Below are positions 38,366-49,739 of a stretch of DNA of 64,000 nt, one piece after another. Below the pieces are notes generated by a model that ran no database searches, was not told where the DNA came from, and was given only the letters and a program-made list of their open reading frames with translations. Source of the DNA: Sphaerodactylus townsendi (lineage: Eukaryota); assembly GCF_021028975.2 (NCBI RefSeq), contig NC_059427.1:68572001-68636000 (forward strand), read 5' to 3'. A program made the position numbers and the translations under genes. Position 1 is the stretch's first letter. Every line of letters begins with the position of its first letter.

Positions 38366-38849
38366 GGCTGTTTCCGCACGAAAGCGGAAACGGCCGGGTC
38401 GGCGTTTGTGACGCCGCCCCGACAATGCTGGGACCGTCCACATGGACGGTCCGCAGGAATTTTAGCCGGGCAGCCTGCTCGTAGCGCCGGCGCCCGGCCG
38501 AGCCGACCAGCATGTCTCCCCTGGGCCTCCGGATCGCTGAGGAGCCTGGGGACATGGCCCCCTGGCCCTGCACGCCTGCTCCAGCGGCGCCAGGGCAGGG
38601 CGTCGTCCCCAGGCTCCTCGGCGACGCGCCAGAGGCCCTTGGGGACATAGGTGAGTGCCGGGTGGGGGAGGCGATGAAGCCTGCCGTTAAACTCGGCAGC
38701 GGCTTCACTGCGGCGTTTCCCCAAAAAGAGCGCTGGGAAGCGCTCTGGGGAAACGCCGGCTTCAGGCCGGGAGGGCGGCGCGAGGGCGGCCTGGAGACAG
38801 CGTTTTTACCATCTCCAGGTCGCCATTCATTGCCCGTGTGGAAACGGCC
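38366..38849. mobile_element. PIF/Harbinger MITE, 484 bp, CpG-rich
   Basis: 15-bp TIRs ggctgtttccgcacg / cgtgtggaaacggcc, TTA TSD and internal inverted repeats. Confidence 0.92.
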
Positions 38850-39089
38850 TTATTCTTCAAACTGTTTTATCTTGCTTCACTGCACTTTTATTTGTCTGTA
38901 CCTCATGACAGTCCAGGACCTCTGATCTTTCCCATCATACATTATGTGAACAATCAAATCTATTTCATTCCCTTGAGGGAAAGATTTTGACAAGGGAAAA
39001 ACCAAGCCTCTTTAATCTGACTCCTCTGGATTCCACTCCCTTGTGTGATTTAAATATGAATAACTCTGAAATGTTTTCTTTCCAATAAG

Positions 39090-39208
39090 CATCTGGGTAA
39101 GTAATCTCTGGCCCATTAAAGCTTATGGTAACATTAATCTTGTTAGTCTTTAAGGGGCCAGTGGACTTCTGTTTTATTTTGCTACAATAGACTAGCATGG
39201 ATACTCCT
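39090..39208 (+). mobile_element. Degenerate second-family (Neptune-type) Penelope-like terminal repeat
   Basis: gcatctgg...aaagcttat...ttgttagtctttaaggggccagtggact; relatives near 39427-39500, 39982-40050 and 63085-63152. Confidence 0.55.
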
Positions 39209-39353
39209 TAGGAAACGACAGCCACACTCTTGTTACCCATCTGTTTTCTTGTCAAGGGCTAGTTGCAATATGGGTTTGATTGGTGAAACTGTAATTAGAC
39301 GGAATGGTTAAACCACTTTCCTTCTCATGTCATAACTCCACTCTAAATTGAAT

Positions 39354-40050
39354 TCTTCAAGTGGCAGCTATTAGCCTTTTAAACATTCATCCCATAATGG
39401 CTCTGCAAGCCACACTCCAAGTTTTCTGATTCATGAACGCTCATATTGGAATAAATGTTGGTAGGCTTTGAAATACCACTAGACCTCTGTTTTGTTTGCT
39501 GCCTGAGGGAAGTAGCTAAAACCCTCCTAAACTTACATAATAAAATGAGTACAACATGTGTGGTAAAAAGTTGGCCATAGCTATTTTATTTAACAAAATT
39601 GGTTCAAGGTAAACAAAGTGTACGGCGCAGCATGGGGGTCTGATCTGTATGCTGGGCAGCCTGAGTGCTGTCCCCCAGACACCTAAATTTTTCTACAGCA
39701 TACCTGCTAATGAAAAATTAACGCACGCTGGAGCAGCTGTGAGATTCCAGATGGGTGGTTGCCACTTCCTGAAGACTCTACTGCTGCCAGGGGCGCAAGA
39801 CATAGAAGCCCACATCTGGGCAGGTTACCCCTTGGCTTGCTCCACCCCAAACCTCATAAAGAGGTTCCAATAAAGTGGGTATTTCACCTGCTGACCCCAA
39901 ACTAAAGATCTTCAAGTGGCAGCTATTAGCCTTTTAAACATTCATCCCATTATGGCTCTGCAAGCCACACTCCAAGTTTTCTGATTCATGAAAGCTCATA
40001 TTGGAATATATGTTGGTAGGCTTTGAAATACCACTACACCTGTTTTGTTT
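39354..40050. repeat. About 144-bp direct repeats flanking about 410 bp
   Basis: 39354-39497 versus 39909-40050 differ by 4 substitutions and one 2-nt indel. Confidence 0.95.
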
Positions 40051-41182
40051 ATCTCCAAGCATTGTCTCCAAGCATTTCTCCCAAACTAAGTGGGTATAGG
40101 ATTGCAGCCTTGGTCTTTTGGTCAGCGTATATTGCAAGTCAGGGCTCTCTCTATGTGCCCCATGCTTGGACATATGGCTAAGACTGCTTTCTCTCATTCC
40201 CTTTCCGCACAGCACAGGTAGAGCAGGTTGCAGTTGGGATAAAGTAATTTGCTCTCCTGTTTTTGCATTCGCATGCCTTTGTGCAGTCAGCAACCAGAGT
40301 CCATTGAAACAATGTGGGTTTCTGGCGCGCCTTCGCATGGAGGCGTGACTTTTAAAAAATTTACCCCCCTCCACTGCTACGCGGGAAGTCATGAATAGAT
40401 CTCCACAGCCATGCTAACAACTCACGATGCCACAAGATGTCCCTGTGACCCTGCATGGTTACGCAGCAGCAAAGCAGAAAAATAAAAAAAACAAGAAAGT
40501 GTGCCCGATTAAAACGCATCCTGCGCAGCCATTCACTCGCAAGCAGCTGCAACCCGGATTTTTAAAAAAGAATCGCAGATTCTTTTGATTTTGATTGCTG
40601 GTATTTTAAATTTACTGTTTTAACTTGCTGTAAAAATATTTATTTATTTATGCTGCTGGGCACTTTGTGGGGCTGATTGGGCAAAAAAGCACAGGCTTTT
40701 AATAAACAAATGAATATTAACATATTAGGTATGGGGGGAGGAAGTACTTTTCCTGAAGCTGCCGTAGGGCAACCTGTAATCTTGTGACCAGGCCTCGATA
40801 ACTGACAGCCAGTGGTTGTGCTTGTGTCAATACCTGTGTGGCAGACAGGAGGCTGTCCTGCTCCAATAGAAAAATCAGCCTCTGAAATGAGCCCCTAGGA
40901 GTGCTGCTCCAGCATCCAATCATGTTAGAAACCTTTGCAAAGGGATTTGAGATGTTGGAGGGATCACAGGTAAAGAAGGAATTTAGTTCTGCCTCAGGAA
41001 AATGAACAGACAGAGCAAACTTTTTCTGGTAATGTGGCAGAGCAATTAGCTCTATCACTGGGACTGAAGAGGGTGCTCAGTTGTTAGGCCTGTCTCTGGT
41101 GATGAGCAGACCCCGTACAGTATAGTCTGCGCAAAGGGCAGGATGGTGTGGGTGGAATTCTGTGTGAGAAAGAGGATCCAAC

Positions 41183-41318
41183 CAGTGTTGGGATTCAAAT
41201 ACTTTAACAACCGATTCCGGTGGTGGAATTAAAATAATTTAACAACTGATTGTTTACAAGCACAATTTTAACAACTGGTTCTGCTGAAGTGGTGCGAACC
41301 TGCTGAATCCCACCACTG
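41183..41318. mobile_element. 136-bp hAT MITE (copy 2)
   Basis: Same TIR and length as 4827-4962; perfect TSD gatccaac. Confidence 0.95.
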
Positions 41319-42573
41319 GATCCAACCAAGTGGCTAGTCAGTGAAAGTCTATGCATGCCTGAAAGCATTGTTTAAAAAAAATTAACTACCCTCTGAAGTC
41401 ATAACCAATTTAATTTTTTGTGCCTTAGCCTGTTCTCTACTTGTCTACCAGGAGACCTCTACTATTGGTTTGTTCCTTTAAAACCAACCTGCAGCTAAAT
41501 AAATCTTCTTAGTTGTTTGTGTATTAATCCAGCCTCAGTTGTCTCAATTATCTCCTTGTGCACCACAAAATTTATCTCACAGCAATGACCCCAAAGTGTA
41601 TGCACTGGCTACCCATAAAATATCTGGAAACTGAGGGGAAGGTTTATAGTTCAAAAAGAACCTAGATCCCAAAATTCTTCGGAGGAAGTGTGTGTCCCCT
41701 CAGTAGGGAAAAAAAGGCTTGTCATACCTGGTAGTCTCCAGCCTTCATTGTATATTGTAACCGTACATTTGTCAGCTACATTTCACTAGTTATGAGACAC
41801 TCCTTAGCATTTATCTGCTGCCGCTGAATGATTACCGCTGGTTATTTAATCAGCATTTGGCTGGTGAAAAAAAAGCCCAGCCCATTCAAGCACGGAACAC
41901 TCTGGAAGCAAACCAACAAAAATCAATGACTCCAATCTGCAGCCTGCAAAGAGGTCCCTTGGGTAGATGGGAGGAAGGGAGCAGAATTTCTGCATTTGAG
42001 AGCAAGAAGGTAGAAACCTAAATGAGTTTTCCCCTGTAACACATGTCCTGACCTTTTTAAAAAAATGAAACCTATTTTATTAATTTTTTTTGTTTTTATA
42101 GAATGCACCACTGAAACATTAAAGATATTACTGTGGAAAAGGTCATGGAATGTGTAGTTGTAGAAATCTTGTTTCAGTTGATGAATTTTCCCTGAGGGGT
42201 TGCCCTCCCCCTTTACCCACTATTTTACCCCTCCTTAGAAAACAAAAAACATTTCAACTTTTAAATTTTTTCATGTTTCAGTGTTGAAACATGCTTTTAA
42301 GAGCTAGAGAGGAAAAGAAACTGCTGGACTTCATGTCTATATGAGGAGACTCACTCCTGAAATCCTTTTGTTTGTGCAAGATGAAGTATTGTGTTAAAAG
42401 AATAACAGCATGGGCATTTTTCTTCAGTGGGATTTGGTGTTTTGACTGATTGATTTGAATCCTTGCTTCTTCAAACTTTGTATAGGGTTAGGTTATTTAA
42501 AGACCTGCTTGTCATATTTACTTTTGAGGAAAAATATTCAGTTATTTTTAACCAGGTAGAGGGATAGCCATAT

Positions 42574-42830
42574 TAGGGGTTGCCACCCTCCATGTGGGGG
42601 AAGGGGGGCAGGGGCTAGAGATCTCCTGAATTTACAACTGTTCTCCAGACTACATAAATCACTTATTTGATTGTTTAATTAATTAATTAAAACATTTATT
42701 CCACTTCTCCTGAAAAAATGGCAGCTTTAGAAGGTGGAGTGTATGACATTATGCCCTACTGAGTTCCCTCCCTTCCCTAAACCTCCACCCTCAGATCTTC
42801 AAGTATTTCCAAACTTGGGGTTGGCAACTT
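42574..42830 (+). mobile_element. TAGGGTTGCCA-terminus hAT-like MITE
   Basis: Termini taggggttgcca ... ttggcaac; interior shared with 29650-29893. Confidence 0.6.
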
Positions 42831-43124
42831 CAAGCCATATATTGCTGAGATTTCAGGCAGCAGTGTCTTCATCACACCACTCATGACCAATGGAATCCAC
42901 AAGCTAATTTATATATTGTCTTTACATTCAGATACCAACTGTCAACTCATTCACTGACTACTACAAGTGTGATTGAACATAGGGCAAGAGAGTGTCTCTA
43001 CTTATGTAGTACCCTACATCATTCGGAGCCTTTAAACTTGCACATTAAACTAATCAAAGGAAACAATTAATTAGTATACACCTAACTAGGGCAAAATATA
43101 TTAACACAGCTTTTATTAAACTTT

Positions 43125-43406
43125 GGCCCTTTCCCCACTTACCTTAAGCCCCGCGCTACTCAAGGAGAGTAGCGCGGGGTCCCTCAGCACTCCCCACTGA
43201 GAGGGGCGGCAACAGCGCAGCCGCCCCGAAGCTGCTGCTGTCACGCCCCTCAGCGCGCGGCATCCCAGACGCTCTTCTGAACAGCGCCTTTTGACGACCC
43301 CGCACAAAGCGCGGGGTCATGGGGACGCCTGGGCGTGCGCCTGGGATGCCGCGCGCTGAGAGCAGCGCGCGGCATAGGGGGGATGGAAGCGAGTGGGGAA
43401 AGGCCC
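43125..43406. mobile_element. PIF/Harbinger MITE, 282 bp, CpG-rich
   Basis: 15-bp TIRs ggccctttccccact / agtggggaaaggccc; TTT TSD. Confidence 0.88.
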
Positions 43407-43505
43407 TTTAACAACCTGAGGAACCCCAATTTTATTTTAAAAATTCATAGACCCTTCTAAGAACTCCCCTCCTCCCTTACTGGCATGTAGCATATGCTTG
43501 GCTTA

Positions 43506-43790
43506 AGAGCCAGCGTGGTGCAGTGGTGTCTGATTCTTACCTGGAGAACCGAGTTTGATTCCCTTCTTCTCCACATGAGTAGTGGACTCTAATCTGAGGA
43601 ACTAGATTTGTTTCCCCACTTCTACACATGAAGCCTGCAGGGGGGAACCTTGGTGTAGTCACAGTTCTTCAGAACTCTTTCAGCCTCACCTACTTCACAA
43701 GGTGTCTGTTGTGGGGACAGGAAGGGAAAAGGAATGCTTTGAGATTCCTTACAGAAGAGAAAGGCAGGGTATAAACTCTTCTTCTTCCCT
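43506..43790 (+). mobile_element. tRNA-CORE SINE (Squam3-like) with duplicated head segment
   Basis: Two B-box-containing units and a (CTT)n tail. Confidence 0.8.
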
Positions 43791-43844
43791 TCTTGGCAGT
43801 AAGTTTTCAAAGCATGTGGGGCAAGCCGTATATGTCCTGCATGT

Positions 43845-44461
43845 GGTCCATTCCACACAACACAAATAAAACATCTTGCAGACATTTTAAAAAGAACTGT
43901 TTTGGCTTTTTTTTGTCCATATAGTGCCGACAAATAAAGTGTTTCACCTGCCTCCCCCATCCCACACTGTTAGAGCTCTCAATTGTGTGAGCAGCTTGCT
44001 CCAAAGACTTCTCCCTCAAAACAAAACAAAAAAGGGGAAATGACATGTGCGCCGAATCGGCAGTGAAAACTAACTTTATTCATGTATTTTCTAGATGGAA
44101 ATTGCAGGCAGATGTGCTGCAAGCGGAGGAAACCTCTGGGGGAACCTTCTGCAAATAGCAGGCAACACAAAGAATCCCAACGCAACAGAAAATGGCAGGC
44201 ATAAGCTGCTCACTATACAGTGAGCGCTTTAACAGTCAGGCAAGAAAGCTAAAACATTTCCTGCTCTCTGCACAGCAAGCAGGAAATGCTTTCAAAGTGA
44301 CTTCAGGAAAAAAAATCCTGATTGTAGTGTTTTCAAAATAAAATGTTTTCAGGAAAAATAAAACATTTTGCAAACCGTTTAGGGGTGAAACTGTGCAGAA
44401 TTCTACCCCAAAACATTCTATTTTGTGATCTGAGAATGTTTTGTGTTTTGCAGAATGGGTC
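43845..44461. mobile_element. Older PIF/Harbinger-like MITE
   Basis: Degenerate TIRs ggtccattccacacaacacaaa / tttgtgttttgcagaatgggtc; TGT TSD. Confidence 0.65.
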
Positions 44462-44606
44462 TGTGCTTCATCCTCTTGTATCTTCAAAATAATATGGTTC
44501 AGCTCTTATCGACTACACTTTAAAAACACATTGAAGTAATTTTTTTTGGCATCATCTATACATACCCTACAAAGTTAGGTCTCAGAGGCAAGCTGATTCT
44601 ATAGGG

Positions 44607-45078
44607 CAGTGATGGCGAACCTGTTTGAAACTGAGTGCCCAAATTGCAACCCAACCCCACTTATTTATCGCAAAGTCCCAACCCAGCAATTTAACCTGAA
44701 TGCTGAGGTTTTAGTTTAGAAAAAACGATTGGCTCCCTCTTCCTCTGCCCCACCCTCTCAAGCAGGGGCCAGCCTGTTCCAGCCTCCAGCAAGTCCCGCT
44801 TGCATTGCTCTGTGCCTCTCTAGCATCTCTGCCTCCTCTGCGCCCCCCTCCTCGGGCAGCAGCCACCCAGAGCACAGGCACCAGGCCCACCAGCCGAGTC
44901 CTCCCTTCTCGCCCCAGTGCACACACGTCGTACTCAGTGGCCCAGGCCAGCCTAGATGTGTGTGTGAGTGGGGAGGGTGATTTTCTGCCCCCCACATGAT
45001 GAACTCTGTGTGCACGTGCCCACAGAGAGGACTCCGAGTGCCACCTCTGGCACCCGTTCCATAGGTTTGCCATCACTG
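44607..45078. mobile_element. Non-autonomous hAT element, 472 bp
   Basis: TIRs cagtgatggcgaacct / aggtttgccatcactg; perfect TSD ctataggg. Confidence 0.95.
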
Positions 45079-46448
45079 CTATAGGGCCACAACTCAAAAG
45101 AATTCCTTGAATAGAAGGATTGCAGGCCAAACTACATCTACATGTGATAGCCATGGGGCTTACAGCCGGACTGCAGGGCATTTCAGGTCAGGATAACAGT
45201 GGCTGGGGAAGTCAGAAGCCCCATGATGCTCCTGAATGGAGTCTCCATAGGAAATTTGTAGCTGGCATGTGGCTGCATGTCCCTGTGGCAGTCACATAGA
45301 AAATGTTACGTGTAGCTTGTTGCTAAATTGTGCAGGACACACCAAGAAATGTAATAATGTCCAGCCAGAGATCAACTGAACAAGAATTAGAGGAGGCCTG
45401 GAAACTTTTCAGATTTGCCCATGGAAGTACAAAAAACCCAATGTCAAACAAACCCCGAGCTGTTATTGTCCATGGTCTCAGAGTGAAGTCTCTTTACCTC
45501 TGTGGTGAAATAATTTTGCATGGGAAAATAGAGTGAAAACAGTTTTATATTAGAAATAATTGTGGTGGCTATATCAGAACAGAACAGAACACCACTCAAC
45601 CAGCTGGAGTTTCTAGGGCTGAATTATTGGTTCGATCAACCATTGAGCACTTTTTCTTACTAGTGCTTTGAGGTGAACTGTAGGCTTGGTTATTGCAGGA
45701 AGTGGCAGCTCTGTGAGGTCTGCCCTTTGAAAAAGAGGGAAATTGGTTCTGTCCCCCTCCAGAATTGAAGTGCAAAGTCTCTGCCCCCATTCTGAGAAAA
45801 CTGACAGGGCTCCATTTTCATATTAGCTGGATGGATGTGAAAGGTGCTCACTTGTATATCCTAAAAAGGAATTGTGAACTCCCAGAGTATCCATGGTCCT
45901 TGTTTGAAAAATGTTGTATTAATACAGTGCCAAGAAGAAAGAGGTTAGGGCTATTACTTCATAAAGAATATATGTCTGACCTCTCTCACAAAAGGACTCC
46001 TCTTAACTCCATTCTCTTTTAATCATGTTTCTCCTAACTCCATATCCATTTACTTTCCTCATACATTGATTCTAATTGCCTAATTCTTCTGAGATTTTTA
46101 GCTTGGGCAGTGTAGGCCTTTCTCTTTGCATTCCAGGCATTTACAAATTAAACTTTAATCTAGGCTTGAAGCAGAGTATTTGAAAATGAACATTCCTTAG
46201 TGGATACTTTATTTGAACCCTAAATAAATGTGATCAAACTGAGTGTGCAGAAGGCATTTATGACACATTTCCCTTCCTCTTTCATCCCCACCCCCTTGCT
46301 CCCTGAAGTGAGAGGATCCTTGGGAATGGCGTGGGGGTTTCAGCCAGAAGGTAGAATCAGATAAATCCCCTTCCGGCACTTGCGCCCCATCTCTCTGATA
46401 TGCAGCAGTCCCATGCGTCATTCCATGCTGTCCCTAGGAAATCCATGA

Positions 46449-46939
46449 TGTTGCTTTGGGCACAAAATTGAAAATTTCAGGACTAGCTGAGGACACAGGC
46501 TGAACATTGAAATAAATGTTTAAAACTGTTTTTATTAAGATTCTTCTGGTCTGGACCTGACCTCCACCTTTTTGGTTAGCCCTCTACCGCTTGACACCTT
46601 GGTCTTGACGCCTTATCTGTGTTTGACCTTGGATTTTCTTTAGCTTGCCGAAACTAGTTGCCTGACTCCAGACCCAACGTTTCTTCTCTTGCTTGGATGT
46701 CTGATTGTGCTCAGTGCTCCTTTTTTGTGTTAAGTGTTCTTTCATTAGGATTTCGTTCACCTGGCTCCAGTGTGCTCTAATAGTGCATGACATAAGGCCA
46801 CAGTCTTTGGCCCCATGCTGTGCATCCTATAATCTGAGCTACGGGTGTCCCAGTCTGGGGTTTATAAAGTGCTTTGGAGAGCTGTGATTGACCTCAGACT
46901 TGATTAGCATTCAAAGTTGTGCCAGTGCTTGGGACAACA
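46449..46939 (-). mobile_element. Solo-LTR-like sequence
   Basis: TGTTG...CAACA ends; the minus strand has CAAT, TATAAA (about 46863) and AATAAA (about 46533) in the expected order; no TSD. Confidence 0.45.
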
Positions 46940-47059
46940 GGGTTGGAGGGGACATGGTTTTTCTCCTTGAGCCTTTATACCATTTCTGTGATACCCTAGG
47001 ATTTTCAGGGGCATGCTTTCAGCTGAAGGGACTGAGATAGGCAACTAAGTTCCATCGTC

Positions 47060-47254
47060 CCGGCCTCCAATGGGCTCAGGGGCGGGGGGCAGGTGAAGGA
47101 CGGGGTTTTTTTTATCTCCATCTGTGTCTTTGTTTTTAAATATTGTATAGTTGAGCTTTTAATACTGTTGTTATATTTTATTTATGTTGTCCGTCACCCT
47201 GAGCTCTTCGGGGGAGGGCGACTAATAAATCGAAACAATAAATAAATAAAATAA
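47060..47254 (+). mobile_element. L2-like 3' end with (AATA)n tail
   Basis: gtcaccctgagctcttcggggggagggcgactaataaat...aataaataaataaa. Confidence 0.6.
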
Positions 47255-48977
47255 GTCCATGGCTTGCCACTAATGTCTGCCATTCTTGAGCCATTCTCTT
47301 GTATAGTGCTGGTGGAATTTGCTTCTCGTGTCTCTTCAAGACACTCCAGTGGAAGGCTAAGTTGCTACCTTGTGACCTTTCAAGCCTTTTATCTGGGTCT
47401 TAGGGTAGGCTGTCTGATGGCTGCTTCTTTAGAATCAGAAATGTAGTTTCCATTTTAGGAACTACCTTTTGCTTCTGATTCAAGGACAAGTCTGTTGTGG
47501 AGTCAATGGTTCTTCATTTAAGGAGTTAGAAGGATTTTCACGATGGAATTTGTAGATAGAAGCCATGCATAATGGATGGAAAGTCCATTTCCTTTGGCTT
47601 CAGACTTTGAGTCATTCAAGTTTTCAAAAGAAGGAGAAGAAGAACGTGAATTCTCATTAAAGGCTGCTTTACGGCCGTCAAAACCTTTTCAGCACTGTGT
47701 CTGCAGGGTAGGAATTATTCCTTAAATGAGCATTGCTGAGTTCTTAACAGAGCAGGAACATTATCTGTAAAAAACAGACAAAAATTAAGTCAGAAATCGA
47801 TCGTACGTTCAAAAACTATGGGGCAAGAACTATATGAAGAGAGCATAATGTATGCGAAATAGTTGAAAGAGACAGATCTAGGTGGCTATATGTTCCTGTA
47901 TGAGCCCAGCATTTTCTCAGTTTTTCACAAAATATTGTTTTATTTCAGCTACAGTATTCTTGCTTTGTCCAATGCATTGAATTCAACATACCATGTGTCA
48001 TTCCTGAGCTAGATTATTTCTCCTATATCAATCTTATACAGCAGGTATGAATACTGGCTCTACAGAATTTTAAAAAATCAAATTTTAAAAGCTGTATTGG
48101 AGAGGATTGTGGAATGGAGAGACTTATTGCCAGAACTGACTGATACTAATAACTATAGCAGTTATTTTGGGGAGAAAGTATTGCAGCTTCCAAGGTACCA
48201 AATATTGTAGGTTGAGTGTTAATGAAATGCTTACTTCTATTGCTTTGCCATTTTAAGCTTCAAAATAATCACAAAAGATCATATGAACGCCTCCTAAAAT
48301 TAAGAAACTTGAGTATGTCATACTCATTTAAATTATTATTAGCACCATGATATACTAATTATCAAAAAGAAAAAACTATGTCAATAGAAGTGTATTAAAA
48401 TTGCCTTTTCTCCTGATATTACAAAATGATATTATAAAATTCAACCTTTGGGACTGAGAACAACTTAAAAATGACTTTGGCAGTTCTTGACCGCATTTTC
48501 CCAAACTTGATGGAGAACTTGGAATGGCCCCGTGACTGAGTCTTGCCTAGCCTTTCGAATTGTCTTTACATTTCTTTTCTGCAGATTGTTTTCTGTTCAT
48601 TATTCATTGTTATTTGTTGTGAACTGCTTTTTTGCCTTTTTTTCCCCCTGACACAGAGCACATTGTGTCAGTTTCACACATTGAATCCTGTCTGAAAGTG
48701 TCCTAACTCCAAAGCCAACTTTGGTTTTTATTGGTTCCTTCCATCATGGTAAATACCACATGGAGCAGAAAGAACATTCTCTTCTCACCACTCATTCTAG
48801 TTATGAGAAAGGCCAATTTGTGAGGGTCTCAGAATATGCTTCACCATCTAGAGTTTGGCATGTATGTGCCCAGGGCCTGACATGTAAATTGTTTAGCCTT
48901 CCTGGGGAGAAACACCAATAACTACTGATGCACTGTTAATTAATAATTATTAGGAATTAACAGCACATCTGAAGAAT

Positions 48978-49005
48978 ATATTATTATTATTATTATTATT
49001 ATTAT

Positions 49006-49043
<38 letters not shown>

Positions 49044-49248
49044 TACAAAATACACGGCAGCCAGGTATCACTGGTCTACGTCACCATCGAGCCCCAGCCA
49101 GGGGCCTAGGTGTTGTGACGTATCGGCGAAGGATGTTTGCGGAGCTCAGCAGCACGGCTTTTTGAAGTTGACAGATGTTGATTTTGTCGATGTTAATTTG
49201 TTTCAAGTGCTGCCCCAGGTCTTTTGGGACAGCATCCAGCGTGCCGAT

Positions 49249-49250
<2 letters not shown>
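48978..49250 (-). mobile_element. R4/Dong-clade LINE 3' fragment (subfamily B) with (CTA)n(ATA)n tail
   Basis: IGTLDAVPKDLGQHLKQINIDKINICQLQKAVLLSSANILRRY. Confidence 0.8.
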
Positions 49251-49280
<30 letters not shown>

Positions 49281-49680
49281 ATGTTATGTTATGTTATTTC
49301 TCTGCAGGAATTAACAGCACAACTGAAGAATGAATTTTCTATTATAATTTGGTAGATTTCACAGCTGCCAGACCTTTAGCTGGTTGTTGGCCTTTTATTA
49401 AAATTCGAGCCTCACCCAGAGGCTGAGGAAGTTGTAATGTATCAGCATAATATTCGTGCAGATCCCAGCAGGGCTGCCTTCTGAATTTGACAGATGTTAA
49501 TTTTGTCAATTTTGTCAATTCAAAGATGTTTCAAGTACTGCCCTAGTATTTTTGGGATGGTGGCCAGCATGCTGATTACCACTGGGACAACCTCAGCTGT
49601 TTTGTGCCGTGGTCGCTGAAGCTCGATTTTCAAATCATGGTATCTAGTGATCTTCTCGTGTTCTTTGTCAATGACCCTGT
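49251..49680 (-). mobile_element. R4/Dong-clade LINE 3' fragment (subfamily A)
   Basis: EHEKITRYHDLKIEL...VVPVVI...QIQKAALLGSARIL (end of a restriction-like endonuclease region), 3' UTR and simple-repeat tail. Confidence 0.8.
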
Positions 49681-49739
49681 TGTTGTTGTTTTTGTTATTA
49701 TGGTAGATTTCACAGCTGCCAGATCTTTAGCTGGTTGTT

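Noticed and set aside
38220-38925. Overlapping 135-162 aa ORFs and CpG-island appearance
   Set aside because: They coincide with a TIR/TSD-bounded Harbinger MITE; high GC explains the lack of stops. Not evidence of a gene or promoter.
47949-48044. 96-nt plus-strand AG..GT segment open in one frame (LQYSCFVQCIEFNIP...)
   Set aside because: No recognisable protein and no partner exons; such matches are expected by chance in 64 kb.
48952-49331. 26-bp repeat first read as a long TSD around the Dong-B fragment
   Set aside because: The second copy is continuous with the Dong-A 3' UTR, so the first is better explained as an element stub; not fully excluded.
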